Origin: a virus | Lineage: Duplodnaviria; Caudoviricetes | Length of the DNA stretch: 24,375 bases | Virus record (IMG/VR): IMGVR_UViG_3300021425_000188 | Span: 1-24,375 of that record | Reading direction: 5' to 3' (one strand) | Part shown: in pieces, positions 15,276 to 24,375 of the stretch | How positions within the stretch are numbered: position 1 is the stretch's first letter | Layout of the letters: the number at the start of each line of letters is the position of its first letter | Translations under genes and position numbers: made by a program | The notes under the pieces: model-generated | Seen by the model: only the letters and a program-made list of their open reading frames with translations | The model's database searches: none | What the model was told of the DNA's origin: nothing

Positions 15276-15933
15276 TTATAAAGCAATAGATAGAACCAGT
15301 GTAAACGGGCAAAGAAAATACTTAACACCAGATGGTAATGCAGTAGCAAGTGTAACAACAATTTTAGATGCTACAAAAGACAAAACTCATTTAATCGCTT
15401 GGCGTAAAAGAGTCGGTGAAGCAAAAGCTAGAGAAATTACTACTGAAGCAGCAGGCGTAGGTACTCGAATGCACAAGTATTTAGAGGACTATGTGGAGCA
15501 TGGCGAATGGCCTAGCCCTGGCAGCAATCCTTATGCGCAGCAAGCATTCTCAATGGCAACAGAAATTAAAATGAATGCTTTGACTGATGTAGATGAAATA
15601 TGGGGCTCAGAAGTAGCACTGTATGTTCCTAATCTGTATGCTGGCACAACTGACCTTGTGGGTACTTACAAAGGCCAGCCCTCGATTATGGACTTTAAAC
15701 AGACAAACAAGCCTAAGAAAGTAGAATGGGTTGAAGACTACTTTTTACAATTAACTGCTTATGCAATTGCACACAATGAAATTTATGGCACTGATATAAA
15801 AGAAGGACATATTTTTATGTGCTCGCGAGCAGGAGAATACCAACAGTTTGATATTTGGCCAGATGAGTTTGAAGAATGGAAAAATGCTTGGTGGGACAGA
15901 GTATACCGATTCTATGAGCTAAACACTGCATAA
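15250..15933 (+). CDS. PD-(D/E)XK exonuclease (Cas4/lambda-exonuclease-like)
   Basis: SVTTIL, WRKRVG, GT.MH, AGTTDL, IMDFKQ, QL.AYA motifs. Confidence 0.88.
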   Translation: MTLIKNKFDYKAIDRTSVNGQRKYLTPDGNAVASVTTILDATKDKTHLIAWRKRVGEAKAREITTEAAGVGTRMHKYLEDYVEHGEWPSPGSNPYAQQAFSMATEIKMNALTDVDEIWGSEVALYVPNLYAGTTDLVGTYKGQPSIMDFKQTNKPKKVEWVEDYFLQLTAYAIAHNEIYGTDIKEGHIFMCSRAGEYQQFDIWPDEFEEWKNAWWDRVYRFYELNTA

Positions 15934-15977
15934 AATACTGATCCGCTAAATAGTATGTCATATATAGGGAGAATGAT

Positions 15978-16550
15978 ATGGCATATAAAGCTATTAAATA
16001 TTTTGTGGCTTTGTGTTTTGTATGTGCAGCATCAGTAGCTCATGCACAGACAGATCCAATAGTTACAGAGTCGACAACCGAAAGTACGGTTACAACCACT
16101 ACAACATCAGATACTACCATTACATCACCGCCGCCTAGTGCTATTTCGCCTGCAATAAGTGCATCGAATAGCGATTTATGCACAGTAGGTGTGTCGGGCG
16201 CTGTGCAGACGCAGATATTAGGACTATCAGCTGGCAGCACTGTGCGTGACATGAATTGTGAAAGATTAAAACTATCTAAAACACTTTATGACATGGGCAT
16301 GAAGGTAGCTGCTGTATCAGCGCTTTGTCAAGATGAAAGAGTATTCCAAGCAATGTGGTATGCCGGAACTCCTTGTCCGATTGATGGAAAAATAGGTGAA
16401 GATGCAAGAAACTTGTGGATTGATATAGACGAACCAAATGCTATCGTGTTTGATAAGGAAGAACCTAATGCTAAGAGAAATCCTGAGTCAGGTGAAATCA
16501 TTATACTTGGTTTCCTTGCTTTTCTCACTTTTAGTTTCCTCGGCGGCTAA
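15978..16550 (+). CDS. Cys-containing exported protein with C-terminal membrane anchor
   Basis: Signal peptide ending AHA, Thr-rich linker, 4 Cys in the core, C-terminal hydrophobic IIILGFLAFLTFSFLGG; TAAATA at 15947-15952. Confidence 0.8.
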   Translation: MAYKAIKYFVALCFVCAASVAHAQTDPIVTESTTESTVTTTTTSDTTITSPPPSAISPAISASNSDLCTVGVSGAVQTQILGLSAGSTVRDMNCERLKLSKTLYDMGMKVAAVSALCQDERVFQAMWYAGTPCPIDGKIGEDARNLWIDIDEPNAIVFDKEEPNAKRNPESGEIIILGFLAFLTFSFLGG

Positions 16551-17727
16551 TAGTCAATCATCTGAGACAGAGAATCTTCTTACAGGAACTTGGAGTGGGT
16601 CTTATACAGCTTGCACTCCGGGCGTTGACTGCTGGGCAGGCACTAGTGGCGGCAGCGTGCCTAACTATGGCGGAGGCACATTTTATTGGGGCTGGGGAGG
16701 CGGAGTGGTTAGGCAAACTATAGCAATAAATCAAGCCCTGCAAGAAGCAGGAATACAAGTAGACGGATATAGATATTCATGGACCATTAAAAACGGTAAC
16801 GCTAATCTTTTTGGTGATCAGCCTGGCACTGATCCATTTTACATTACAGTTAGCATCTATAACGCTGACGGTAGTTTATATAAACAATACACATACAACT
16901 ATAGTGGTTCATACGATTGGACAACGTTTTCGGGATCAACATATTTTGGCGATCCTTTTCTTGAACCTGCTTTCTTTGGAAACTTAGTAGTATCTGCTTT
17001 TGGCGACGATACAGGCAATTGGGCAGGATATTACGGCCCAGAATTTGCAACTGGAGCATCTTCATTAAACCTAATATATTCTGCAAATCCTTGTTATACA
17101 GATCCACTTGCCGATCCTTCGTGTCCTGGCTATGCTGAAGCTTTTGCTGAACAGCTTTTTACAACACAATGCACAGCGAATCCTCTGTATGATATGTCAT
17201 GTCCGGGTTACCAAGATGCATACTTTAACAGCATGTGTAATGCAGATCCACAATATTCACCGTTGTGTCCAAATTATACTCCGCAACAAGAATCTTCAAC
17301 AACAGTTGTAGTTGCAGCTTTACCTGTACAAAATACAATGCCTGATCCTATAGTTGTTATAGAAGCAACCGTAGAAGAGTCAACCGATAACGAATCAGAA
17401 ATGACTGAAGAATTAGATGAAGAAGGTAATGATTCAAAAAGAGAAAAAGTAAAAGAATTAGTAAAGGACAAACTCAAAAGTCTCGCTGAAGATTTAGCAG
17501 CGGCAGCAGATGCAGAAGCACAAATGGCTTTGCAAGCACAAATACTTGCACTTATGAGTTATGTCCCAGGGTTTAGTGCATATAACGCAACAGTTCCAGA
17601 TGGCTTGTTATATGTATCAGAAAACCCGTATGAAGATTTGTATGTTCCTGACAGTAGGCAGGGCTTACGAAATGGTCTAGCACAAGAGCTAAAGCATAGG
17701 GAGATGGTGCAAAGCCAATATAATTGA
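16468..17727 (+). CDS. Exported Cys-repeat protein; start revised to ATG 16468
   Basis: AAGGA SD at ~16455; signal peptide ..LLFSLLVSSAANS; W/Y/G-rich beta domain; 3 CxxD/NP-x4-CP[GN]Y repeats; acidic linker; C-terminal helices. Confidence 0.8.
   Translation: MLREILSQVKSLYLVSLLFSLLVSSAANSQSSETENLLTGTWSGSYTACTPGVDCWAGTSGGSVPNYGGGTFYWGWGGGVVRQTIAINQALQEAGIQVDGYRYSWTIKNGNANLFGDQPGTDPFYITVSIYNADGSLYKQYTYNYSGSYDWTTFSGSTYFGDPFLEPAFFGNLVVSAFGDDTGNWAGYYGPEFATGASSLNLIYSANPCYTDPLADPSCPGYAEAFAEQLFTTQCTANPLYDMSCPGYQDAYFNSMCNADPQYSPLCPNYTPQQESSTTVVVAALPVQNTMPDPIVVIEATVEESTDNESEMTEELDEEGNDSKREKVKELVKDKLKSLAEDLAAAADAEAQMALQAQILALMSYVPGFSAYNATVPDGLLYVSENPYEDLYVPDSRQGLRNGLAQELKHREMVQSQYN
17092..17277 (+). 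repeat. Three protein-level disulfide-type repeats
   Basis: CYTDPLADPSCPGY / CTANPLYDMSCPGY / CNADPQYSPLCPNY. Confidence 0.8.
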
Positions 17728-17745
17728 TATAATAAAGGAGAGGGT

Positions 17746-18180
17746 ATGTATCAATATAGAGCAAAAATTTTAAAAGTAGTTGACGGCGACACAGTTGACG
17801 TTGATATTGATCTAGGTTTTGGCGTATGTCTAACGGACGAACGAGTTCGAATTATGGGAATAGACACTCCTGAATCAAGAACTAGAGATTTAACAGAAAA
17901 AGCATTTGGATTAGCAAGTAAAGAACGGTTGAAAGAATTATTACCTGAAGGTTCTTATCAAGTCTTAAAAACCGAAGTAGCAAAAAACGGCGAAGATATG
18001 AAAGGCAAGTTTGGACGTATTCTTGGTGATTTTTTAATTGGCGAAAAACGTGTAACTGCTTATATGATTGAAGAAGGTCATGCAGTACCTTATCATGGTC
18101 AAAGCAAAGATGACGTACAAGAACAACACATGAAAAACAGAGAAAGACTACTTGCAGAAGGTAAAGTAGTCCTAGATTAA
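17746..18180 (+). CDS. Staphylococcal nuclease (thermonuclease)-like protein
   Basis: VVDGDTV, RVRIMGIDTPE, KFGRILG motifs; GGAG SD. Confidence 0.92.
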   Translation: MYQYRAKILKVVDGDTVDVDIDLGFGVCLTDERVRIMGIDTPESRTRDLTEKAFGLASKERLKELLPEGSYQVLKTEVAKNGEDMKGKFGRILGDFLIGEKRVTAYMIEEGHAVPYHGQSKDDVQEQHMKNRERLLAEGKVVLD

Positions 18181-18192
18181 GGAGATAAAAAC

Positions 18193-18744
18193 GTGGCTGA
18201 CAAAGATTTAGGAGAAGGCCTCGAACAACTAGAAGATAGTATCGAGAATTTAAAAAATAAAGAATTTAAAATACTTGGTATTAAAGTAACAGCAGTTACA
18301 GCAGGGGCAGCATTTGCCCTTGCTTCTAGCGTAGTAGGTGGTTTATATGGCGCTTTTACAGTATATAATGATTACATGGATATGAAAGAAATGATCCAAT
18401 CGTATGTAGCACCAGACCTGTCGGGAATAGAGCAACAGATGAGTGTGCTTGCAGAACAAATGGATGCTACTGAAGACGCTGTAATGCAAGCTACAGATTA
18501 TGCAAGAGACATACGTAATGATCTAAAAGATGATGTAGGCAGAGTGGAAGATCTAGTAGATAGAATTGAAAATCGTGTAAATGCTTCCGAAGCAGATGTG
18601 CGAGAAATGATTGATATTGCAGATCAAAGATTTGATACTAAGCGAGATCAATTATATGCAGATACAGATAGAAAAATCAATGAGCTCGAAAATCGCTTAA
18701 ACTCTAAACTACAATTAGCTTTGGATAACCCTTTAGCAAACTAG
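18193..18744 (+). CDS. Single-TM membrane protein with long coiled coil
   Basis: GTG start with AAGGAG SD; TM VTAGAAFALASSVVGGLYGAF followed by heptad repeats. Confidence 0.8.
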   Translation: MADKDLGEGLEQLEDSIENLKNKEFKILGIKVTAVTAGAAFALASSVVGGLYGAFTVYNDYMDMKEMIQSYVAPDLSGIEQQMSVLAEQMDATEDAVMQATDYARDIRNDLKDDVGRVEDLVDRIENRVNASEADVREMIDIADQRFDTKRDQLYADTDRKINELENRLNSKLQLALDNPLAN

Positions 18745-18783
18745 GAAAAGCTGATAAATAGCTTATATAGGTGAGGTAATCTA

Positions 18784-20415
18784 ATGGCTGTTGTTCAGAT
18801 CAGTAAAATACAAGTAAGACGTGGTAAAAAGAATTCAGGTTCAGGTTTACCACAATTAGCAAGTGGTGAGCTAGGTTGGGCTGTAGATACTCAAGAGCTT
18901 TTTATAGGTAATGGTTCTGTTAGTGAAGGTGCGCCAGCTGTTGGTAACACACAGATATTAACAAATGAGTCAAATATCTTTCAATTAGCAAATGAGTATT
19001 CATACAATTCAGATCTAGGCTATATTAGAACAGGCGTAACGGACAATACCAAACGCACGTTGCAAAATAAATTAGATGATTTTGCTTCTGCTGCTGATTT
19101 TGGTATGACTGGCACAAGCACACAAGATGTAACAACATTGTTACAGAACGCAGTTGACCAATTATATCTAAACACGTCTACTAAAGGCACGGAAAAGAGC
19201 AGAGTTGTGTTATATTTTCCTGCAGGTGTGTACACTATCACTAATACTGTATACTTACCACCCCATGTTAATATAGTAGGTGAGGGTATAGACAACACTG
19301 TTATTAGAAACACAGGATCTCAAACTGTTTGTTTTGTTACAGTAAACGAAGACAGCACCCCTGGATCACCAGCTGCACACAGTACCAGCACTACAGCAAA
19401 TCAAAGCAGTCATTTGTTATTCCGTAATTGTAATTTAGAAACTACGCAAAATAATACAATTTTACAAATGGATAGCTGTAAAGATAGCATATTTGAAAAT
19501 GTAAAGTTTAAAGGTGCATGGTCATCAACAGACGGTATTACATCTGCCAATAGTGGAATTGTTCTAAACAATTTGAGTGCCAGTGTAAAAAGCACTAACA
19601 ACAGATTTGTTAATTGTAAATTTGATCACTTGTCTTATGCTGTATACAGCGATTGGGATACTGAATTTAATCTTTGGGAAAGTTGTAATTTTTACGACTT
19701 AGGCGTTGGACTAGGATTCGGTGTAGGAGTTTCAACTTTAGATTCGTCCTCGTCAAGTGGTATTAGAACAGGAGCAATACAAAACAAAGTTGAAAATTCT
19801 ACATTTAAGGACGTAAGTCAGCAGGCAATTTATTTTAAGTTTGGTTACGATAATGTGAGCCAAGAAAACACGTTTGAATTTGTAGGAAATAACCACGGCG
19901 CTGATTATGAAGCAGCACATCCTGTTTTGCGATTTGATATTGCAGGTAATGCAAGCATAAATGATTACTTTTCTAGATCAAAAATTCTCAGTGATAACAC
20001 CTACGTAGGTTACCCGTACATAAATGAGATTCAAGGTAGTGTGAATCATACCAGCAGGTATTATATAGAACGACAAATAGGATCAAGTAGTACCTATGTA
20101 ACAAGACTTAGACTTCCTGCAGATACAGGTGTTGAAGCACAGCAGTTTAAAATTCGCTATCATCTAAACAGTTTAGACTTTAGTGCCACTAGATCGGGTG
20201 AACTTCGTGTTACTTGTAATGGAGTATCTAATACTGTAAGGATAAGTGACAGTTACGACTACGAAGGTGATGCAAACAAAGAATTAGATTTCTTGTTTAA
20301 TGCAACACTTACAGATGTTAACGGTGATAGCTCAGACGAAACAATTTTACTAGGCGTAAAAAACGATCTATTAGGAAGTTGTAAGTTTAGATATTCTGTA
20401 GAATTGATAAAATAA
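18784..20415 (+). CDS. Tail/baseplate protein with Mtd_N-like N-terminus and pectate lyase-like beta-helix
   Basis: IQVRRG...LPQLASGELGWAVDTQELFIGNG; DFG..G...DVT..LQNA; LYFPAGVY; GEG...TVI; NC.F repeats; TAAATA at 18755-18760, GAGGT SD. Confidence 0.8.
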   Translation: MAVVQISKIQVRRGKKNSGSGLPQLASGELGWAVDTQELFIGNGSVSEGAPAVGNTQILTNESNIFQLANEYSYNSDLGYIRTGVTDNTKRTLQNKLDDFASAADFGMTGTSTQDVTTLLQNAVDQLYLNTSTKGTEKSRVVLYFPAGVYTITNTVYLPPHVNIVGEGIDNTVIRNTGSQTVCFVTVNEDSTPGSPAAHSTSTTANQSSHLLFRNCNLETTQNNTILQMDSCKDSIFENVKFKGAWSSTDGITSANSGIVLNNLSASVKSTNNRFVNCKFDHLSYAVYSDWDTEFNLWESCNFYDLGVGLGFGVGVSTLDSSSSSGIRTGAIQNKVENSTFKDVSQQAIYFKFGYDNVSQENTFEFVGNNHGADYEAAHPVLRFDIAGNASINDYFSRSKILSDNTYVGYPYINEIQGSVNHTSRYYIERQIGSSSTYVTRLRLPADTGVEAQQFKIRYHLNSLDFSATRSGELRVTCNGVSNTVRISDSYDYEGDANKELDFLFNATLTDVNGDSSDETILLGVKNDLLGSCKFRYSVELIK

Positions 20416-20488
20416 TTTCACAAAACCCATTAAGCAGTGTTATAACACTACGCCAATTCGAGATACATATTATACCAACAAAATAATA

Positions 20489-20517
20489 TTGACTTTTGGC
20501 GGAATACCTACTATAAT
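20489..20517 (+). promoter_or_regulatory. sigma70 promoter of the nrd operon
   Basis: TTGACT-N17-TATAAT; GGAG SD before ATG 20538. Confidence 0.85.
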
Positions 20518-20537
20518 AATAAAAATTTGGAGCAGTT

Positions 20538-22850
20538 ATGAATCGAGATATAATGATTGTCAAGCGTGATGGTTCTCGAGAACCACTCGACATCGACAAA
20601 ATTCACTTCGTTGTAGAAGAAGCATGTAATGGACTAGCTGGTGTCAGTAGTAGTCAAATTGAAATGAATGCAAACATACAATTCTATAACGGTATGTCGA
20701 CTGGAGAGATACAAGAAGTACTTGTACGAAGCGCTAGCGATCTTATAAATCTTGAAACTCCAAACTATCAATATGCAGCAGCACGACTACTATCTTACGG
20801 CTTGTACAAGCAAGTGTTTGGCGGATACCAAACTATTACACTAAGTCAAATCATTGAGAAAAATATTTTCCGTGGTGTATACGATCGCGAAATTTTGTCA
20901 ATGTACAGTCAAGAAGAGATTGATAAATTAGATTCTTATATCCATCACAAACGTGATGAAAACTTTACATATGCAGGACTAAGACAAGTAGTTGATAAGT
21001 ACCTAGTACAGGATCGATCCTCTGGGGAAATTTTTGAAACGCCACAGTTTATGTACATGATGATTGCAGCAACACTATTTGCTGATTATCCTAAAGCAGA
21101 GCGCTTACAATATGTAAAGAAGTACTATGATGCAATTTCTCTATTCAAAGTTAACATTCCTACACCCGTTATGGCAGGGGTTAGAACGCCAATACGTCAA
21201 TTTGCTAGCTGTGTGCTTGTGGATAGTGATGACACTCTCAACAGCATTTTCTCTAGTGATATGGCTATTGGCCGCTATACCGCTCAACGTGCTGGTATCG
21301 GGATTAATGCTGGTAGAATTCGTGGAGTCAACAGTAAAATCCGCGGCGGCGAAGTTGCGCACACTGGGGTGGTTCCGTTCTTAAAAAAGTTTGAATCTAC
21401 TGTACGATGTTGTACACAGAACGGAGTACGAGGAGGTAGTGCTACTGTTCATTTCCCGTTGTGGCATCAAGAGATTGAAGATATACTTGTGTTGAAAAAC
21501 AACAAAGGCACAGAAGACAGTCGTGTAAGAAAATTGGACTATAGTATACAACTCAACAGGACAATGTACACTAGGCTGCTGAACGGAGAAGATATTACAT
21601 TATTTTCACCACATGATGTTCCAGGGCTCTACGAAGCTTACTTTGGCGATCCTGACGAGTTTGAAGAACTTTATCAGCAATACGAGAACAGTCGTTCTAT
21701 TCCGAAAAAGCGTGTTCCTGCAATGGAACTGTTTAGTGAGTTAATTAAGGAACGAGCTGAGACCGGACGTATCTACATTATGAATGTAGATCACGCAAAC
21801 ACACATAGTTCTTTTAAAGACAAAGTTTATATGAGTAACTTATGTCAAGAGATTACATTGCCTACGACACCTTTAGATCATATCGATGATAAAGATGGCG
21901 AAATTGCACTTTGTATTTTAAGCGCTATAAACGTTGGGCTTATCAAAGAACTAGACGATCTTGAAGATCTTTGCGATCTTGCAGTAAGAGCTTTGGAGCA
22001 GATTATTGATTACCAAAAGTACCCAGTACAAGCAGCAGAAATTTCCACTAAAGCACGTCGCTCACTAGGTATTGGTTATGTAGGGCTTGCCCACTTCCTT
22101 GCAAAAAATAAAGTTAGTTATGAAGATAATGAAGCAGCAGTGCTTGTACACAAACTTACCGAAAGTTTCCAGTACTATCTGCTTAAGGCATCAAACAAAC
22201 TTGCACAAGAACGTGGCCAGTGTGAATATTTCGAACGCACAAAATATGCAGATAACGTGCTTCCGATTGATACTTACAAACAAGACGTCGACGAAGCAAT
22301 CGGCGGCGTAGATCTACGACACGATTGGGATGCACTACGTGAAGATATTGCAACATGGGGATTGCGGCATTCTACACTGAGTGCTCAAATGCCAAGTGAA
22401 AGTTCAAGTGTAGTGTGTAATGCAACAAATGGCATCGAACCGCCACGTGGATATTTAAGCGTTAAGAAAAGTAAAAAAGGGCCATTAAAGCAAATTGTGC
22501 CACAGTATCAATCACTAAAGCAACACTATACTTTGCTTTGGGATATGAAAGGTAACGAGGGTTACATAAAGATTGTTGCTGCTATGCAGAAGTTTTTTGA
22601 TCAAGCAATTTCTGCAAATTGGAGTTATAATCCAATACAGTATCAGGACAATGAAGTACCAATGAGTGTAATGATGCAAGACTTGTTAACTACCTACAAG
22701 CTAGGTTGGAAGACAAGCTACTATCAAAACACTTATGATTACAAAGTTGATCCGTCTGAGATTACAGATGAAGAACCGAAAGTCGAAGAAAATATAATTT
22801 TAGAAGATCTTCCAGAGGAAGACGAAATGTGTGAGGCATGCGCAATATGA
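20538..22850 (+). CDS. nrdA: Class Ia ribonucleotide reductase alpha subunit
   Basis: ATP cone (IVKRDG), PTPVM, SCVL, NLCQEI, MPSESSS..NATNGIEP, YY pair, C-terminal CEAC. Confidence 0.98.
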   Translation: MNRDIMIVKRDGSREPLDIDKIHFVVEEACNGLAGVSSSQIEMNANIQFYNGMSTGEIQEVLVRSASDLINLETPNYQYAAARLLSYGLYKQVFGGYQTITLSQIIEKNIFRGVYDREILSMYSQEEIDKLDSYIHHKRDENFTYAGLRQVVDKYLVQDRSSGEIFETPQFMYMMIAATLFADYPKAERLQYVKKYYDAISLFKVNIPTPVMAGVRTPIRQFASCVLVDSDDTLNSIFSSDMAIGRYTAQRAGIGINAGRIRGVNSKIRGGEVAHTGVVPFLKKFESTVRCCTQNGVRGGSATVHFPLWHQEIEDILVLKNNKGTEDSRVRKLDYSIQLNRTMYTRLLNGEDITLFSPHDVPGLYEAYFGDPDEFEELYQQYENSRSIPKKRVPAMELFSELIKERAETGRIYIMNVDHANTHSSFKDKVYMSNLCQEITLPTTPLDHIDDKDGEIALCILSAINVGLIKELDDLEDLCDLAVRALEQIIDYQKYPVQAAEISTKARRSLGIGYVGLAHFLAKNKVSYEDNEAAVLVHKLTESFQYYLLKASNKLAQERGQCEYFERTKYADNVLPIDTYKQDVDEAIGGVDLRHDWDALREDIATWGLRHSTLSAQMPSESSSVVCNATNGIEPPRGYLSVKKSKKGPLKQIVPQYQSLKQHYTLLWDMKGNEGYIKIVAAMQKFFDQAISANWSYNPIQYQDNEVPMSVMMQDLLTTYKLGWKTSYYQNTYDYKVDPSEITDEEPKVEENIILEDLPEEDEMCEACAI

Positions 22851-23950
22851 GTAAAACCGTTTTTAATCAAGAGAAAGTTGATTTCACAAAACAAAATATG
22901 TTTTTTGGAGCTGAACAAAATACCCAGCGCTATGATGTATTTAAGTTTCCTGTGTTTGATAAACTTAACCAAACTATGCTTGGTTATTTTTGGAGACCTG
23001 AAGAAGTCAGTTTGCAAAAAGATCGAGCAGACTATGCAAACTTTAGGCCAGAGCAAAAACATATTTTTACAGCTAACCTAAAGTATCAAACTCTGCTAGA
23101 TAGTGTACAAGGTCGCGGACCATGTCTTAGCTTCTTGCCTCATGTTAGTATTCCTGAGCTAGAAGGCTGTATTGTGACTTGGGACTTTTTTGAAACTATT
23201 CACAGTCGCTCGTACACGCACATTATGAAAAATATCTACAGCGATCCAAGTGAAGTGCTAGACACAATCCTCGAAGATGATAAAATTATTGAACGTGCAG
23301 TATCAGTTACCAAAAACTACGATGCATTTAATGAAGCAAGTGATAATTGGTTCCATCACAAGAAAGGGTCTATGCATGAAGTTAAGAAAAAACTTTACTT
23401 GGCAATGATGAATGTAAACATCTTAGAAGGTTTGCGTTTCTATGTGTCTTTCGCATGTACTTTTGGTTTTGGTGAATTAAAGCTCATGGAAGGAAGTGCT
23501 AAGATTATTAGTCTTATTGCACGGGATGAGGCCCAGCACCTTGCATTAACTACGCATATTTTAAAACTTTGGGCTCAAGGCAAAGATGATCCAGAAATGG
23601 TAGACATCGCGAAAGAGTGCGAAGAAGAAGTTTATGATATGTGGCGAGAATGTGTAGACGAGGAAAAAGCATGGGCAACCTATTTGTTTAAGGACGGCTC
23701 AATGATCGGTCTTAATCAAACGCTGTTACATCAGTATGTAGAATACATTGCTAATCGCAGACTCAAGGCACTTGGATACAATGCAATTTTCGATGCACCA
23801 GTTAACACAAATCCGCTACCGTGGACACAGCATTGGTTAAGCTCAAACACACTACAAGTAGCGCCGCAGGAGACAGAAGTAGAATCATATATTGTAGGCG
23901 GTATTAAACAAGACGTAAATAATGACATGTTAAAAGGATTTAAATTATAA
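22847..23950 (+). CDS. nrdB: Class Ia ribonucleotide reductase beta subunit
   Basis: FWRPEEV, LDSVQ, ETIHSRSY (radical Tyr), EGLRFY, RDEAQH, APQETE..SY; ATGA overlap with the nrdA stop. Confidence 0.97.
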   Translation: MSKTVFNQEKVDFTKQNMFFGAEQNTQRYDVFKFPVFDKLNQTMLGYFWRPEEVSLQKDRADYANFRPEQKHIFTANLKYQTLLDSVQGRGPCLSFLPHVSIPELEGCIVTWDFFETIHSRSYTHIMKNIYSDPSEVLDTILEDDKIIERAVSVTKNYDAFNEASDNWFHHKKGSMHEVKKKLYLAMMNVNILEGLRFYVSFACTFGFGELKLMEGSAKIISLIARDEAQHLALTTHILKLWAQGKDDPEMVDIAKECEEEVYDMWRECVDEEKAWATYLFKDGSMIGLNQTLLHQYVEYIANRRLKALGYNAIFDAPVNTNPLPWTQHWLSSNTLQVAPQETEVESYIVGGIKQDVNNDMLKGFKL

Positions 23951-24240
23951 TGTTAATCGAAACACCATACAAAACTGGTGACACTGTATCATTAAAGCTC
24001 ACCGGTGGTGAAGAAGTAGTTGGCAGATTCGATAGTGAAAATGCAGATGGTGTGACACTATCAAAGCCAATGATGCTAATCATGCAAGGACAAGGCTTAG
24101 GTCTAGGTCCGTTTATGTTTAGCGCTAGTCATGATAGTAAATTTACTTTGAAAAGCAGTGCCATTACCTGTATTGTAAAAACTGAGAAAGATTTAGCAAA
24201 ACAGTATGTAAGCTCTACAACTGGCATTGCCTTGCCGTAG
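23950..24240 (+). CDS. Sm/Lsm-like fold protein
   Basis: VSLKLTGGEEVVG...VTLSKP beta pattern resembling the Sm1 motif; TAATG coupling. Confidence 0.6.
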   Translation: MLIETPYKTGDTVSLKLTGGEEVVGRFDSENADGVTLSKPMMLIMQGQGLGLGPFMFSASHDSKFTLKSSAITCIVKTEKDLAKQYVSSTTGIALP

Positions 24241-24252
24241 AAAGGACAAAAT

Positions 24253-24375
24253 ATGAACATTGTAATATGGAGTAGAGACCATTGTGGATATTGCGAATCT
24301 GCAAAAAAATTATTGCAGTCAAAAGATATATTGTATACTGAAAACAAAATAGGAAAAACACACACCCGGGAGCAG
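24253..24375 (+). CDS. grx: Glutaredoxin (3' end outside window); not in ORF track
   Basis: MNIVIWSRDHCGYCESAKKLLQSKDI... with CGYC active site; AAGGA SD; downstream of nrdAB. Confidence 0.9.
   Translation, partial: MNIVIWSRDHCGYCESAKKLLQSKDILYTENKIGKTHTREQ

Noticed and set aside
15250-15933. Exonuclease as evidence of a CRISPR-Cas locus
   Set aside because: No repeat-spacer array or other cas genes seen; lacks the four Cys of Cas4; such solo nucleases are common in T4-like phages
20538-23950. Intron or intein in nrdA/nrdB
   Set aside because: Both frames are continuous, of ordinary length, with motifs in normal order
1-24375. Stop-codon reassignment
   Set aside because: TAA, TAG and TGA all end well-formed genes, and coding density is high under the standard code

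Overview
AT-rich, gene-dense segment of a large T4-like tailed phage genome. The host is probably an alphaproteobacterium (Rhodobacterales-like NifU, DUF3563/DUF1127-like microproteins); this is inference. From left to right: tail/virion proteins with repeated 'VYLNG..DY/F.SGT' modules; a protein with a ubiquitin-like N-terminus; a set of putative capsid-packaged proteins sharing a T4 internal-protein-like N-terminus (M[KR]xx[ED][ILF]..E), including an ART-like protein, an SLT lytic transglycosylase, and a Pol X/Pol beta-like nucleotidyltransferase coupled to a ligase-like KxDG protein; an HNH nuclease; four coupled microproteins missed by the ORF track behind a LysR-type box; a class 3 lipase; head/core-like genes; NifU; a PD-(D/E)XK exonuclease; a Cys-rich envelope module with an SNase; a beta-helix tail protein; and nrdA-nrdB, an Sm-like gene and glutaredoxin. 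TAAATA late promoters and sigma70 promoters are evident, and several transcripts look leaderless. No tRNA, rRNA, CRISPR array, intron or intein was seen. All family calls come from manual motif reading, not database searches.
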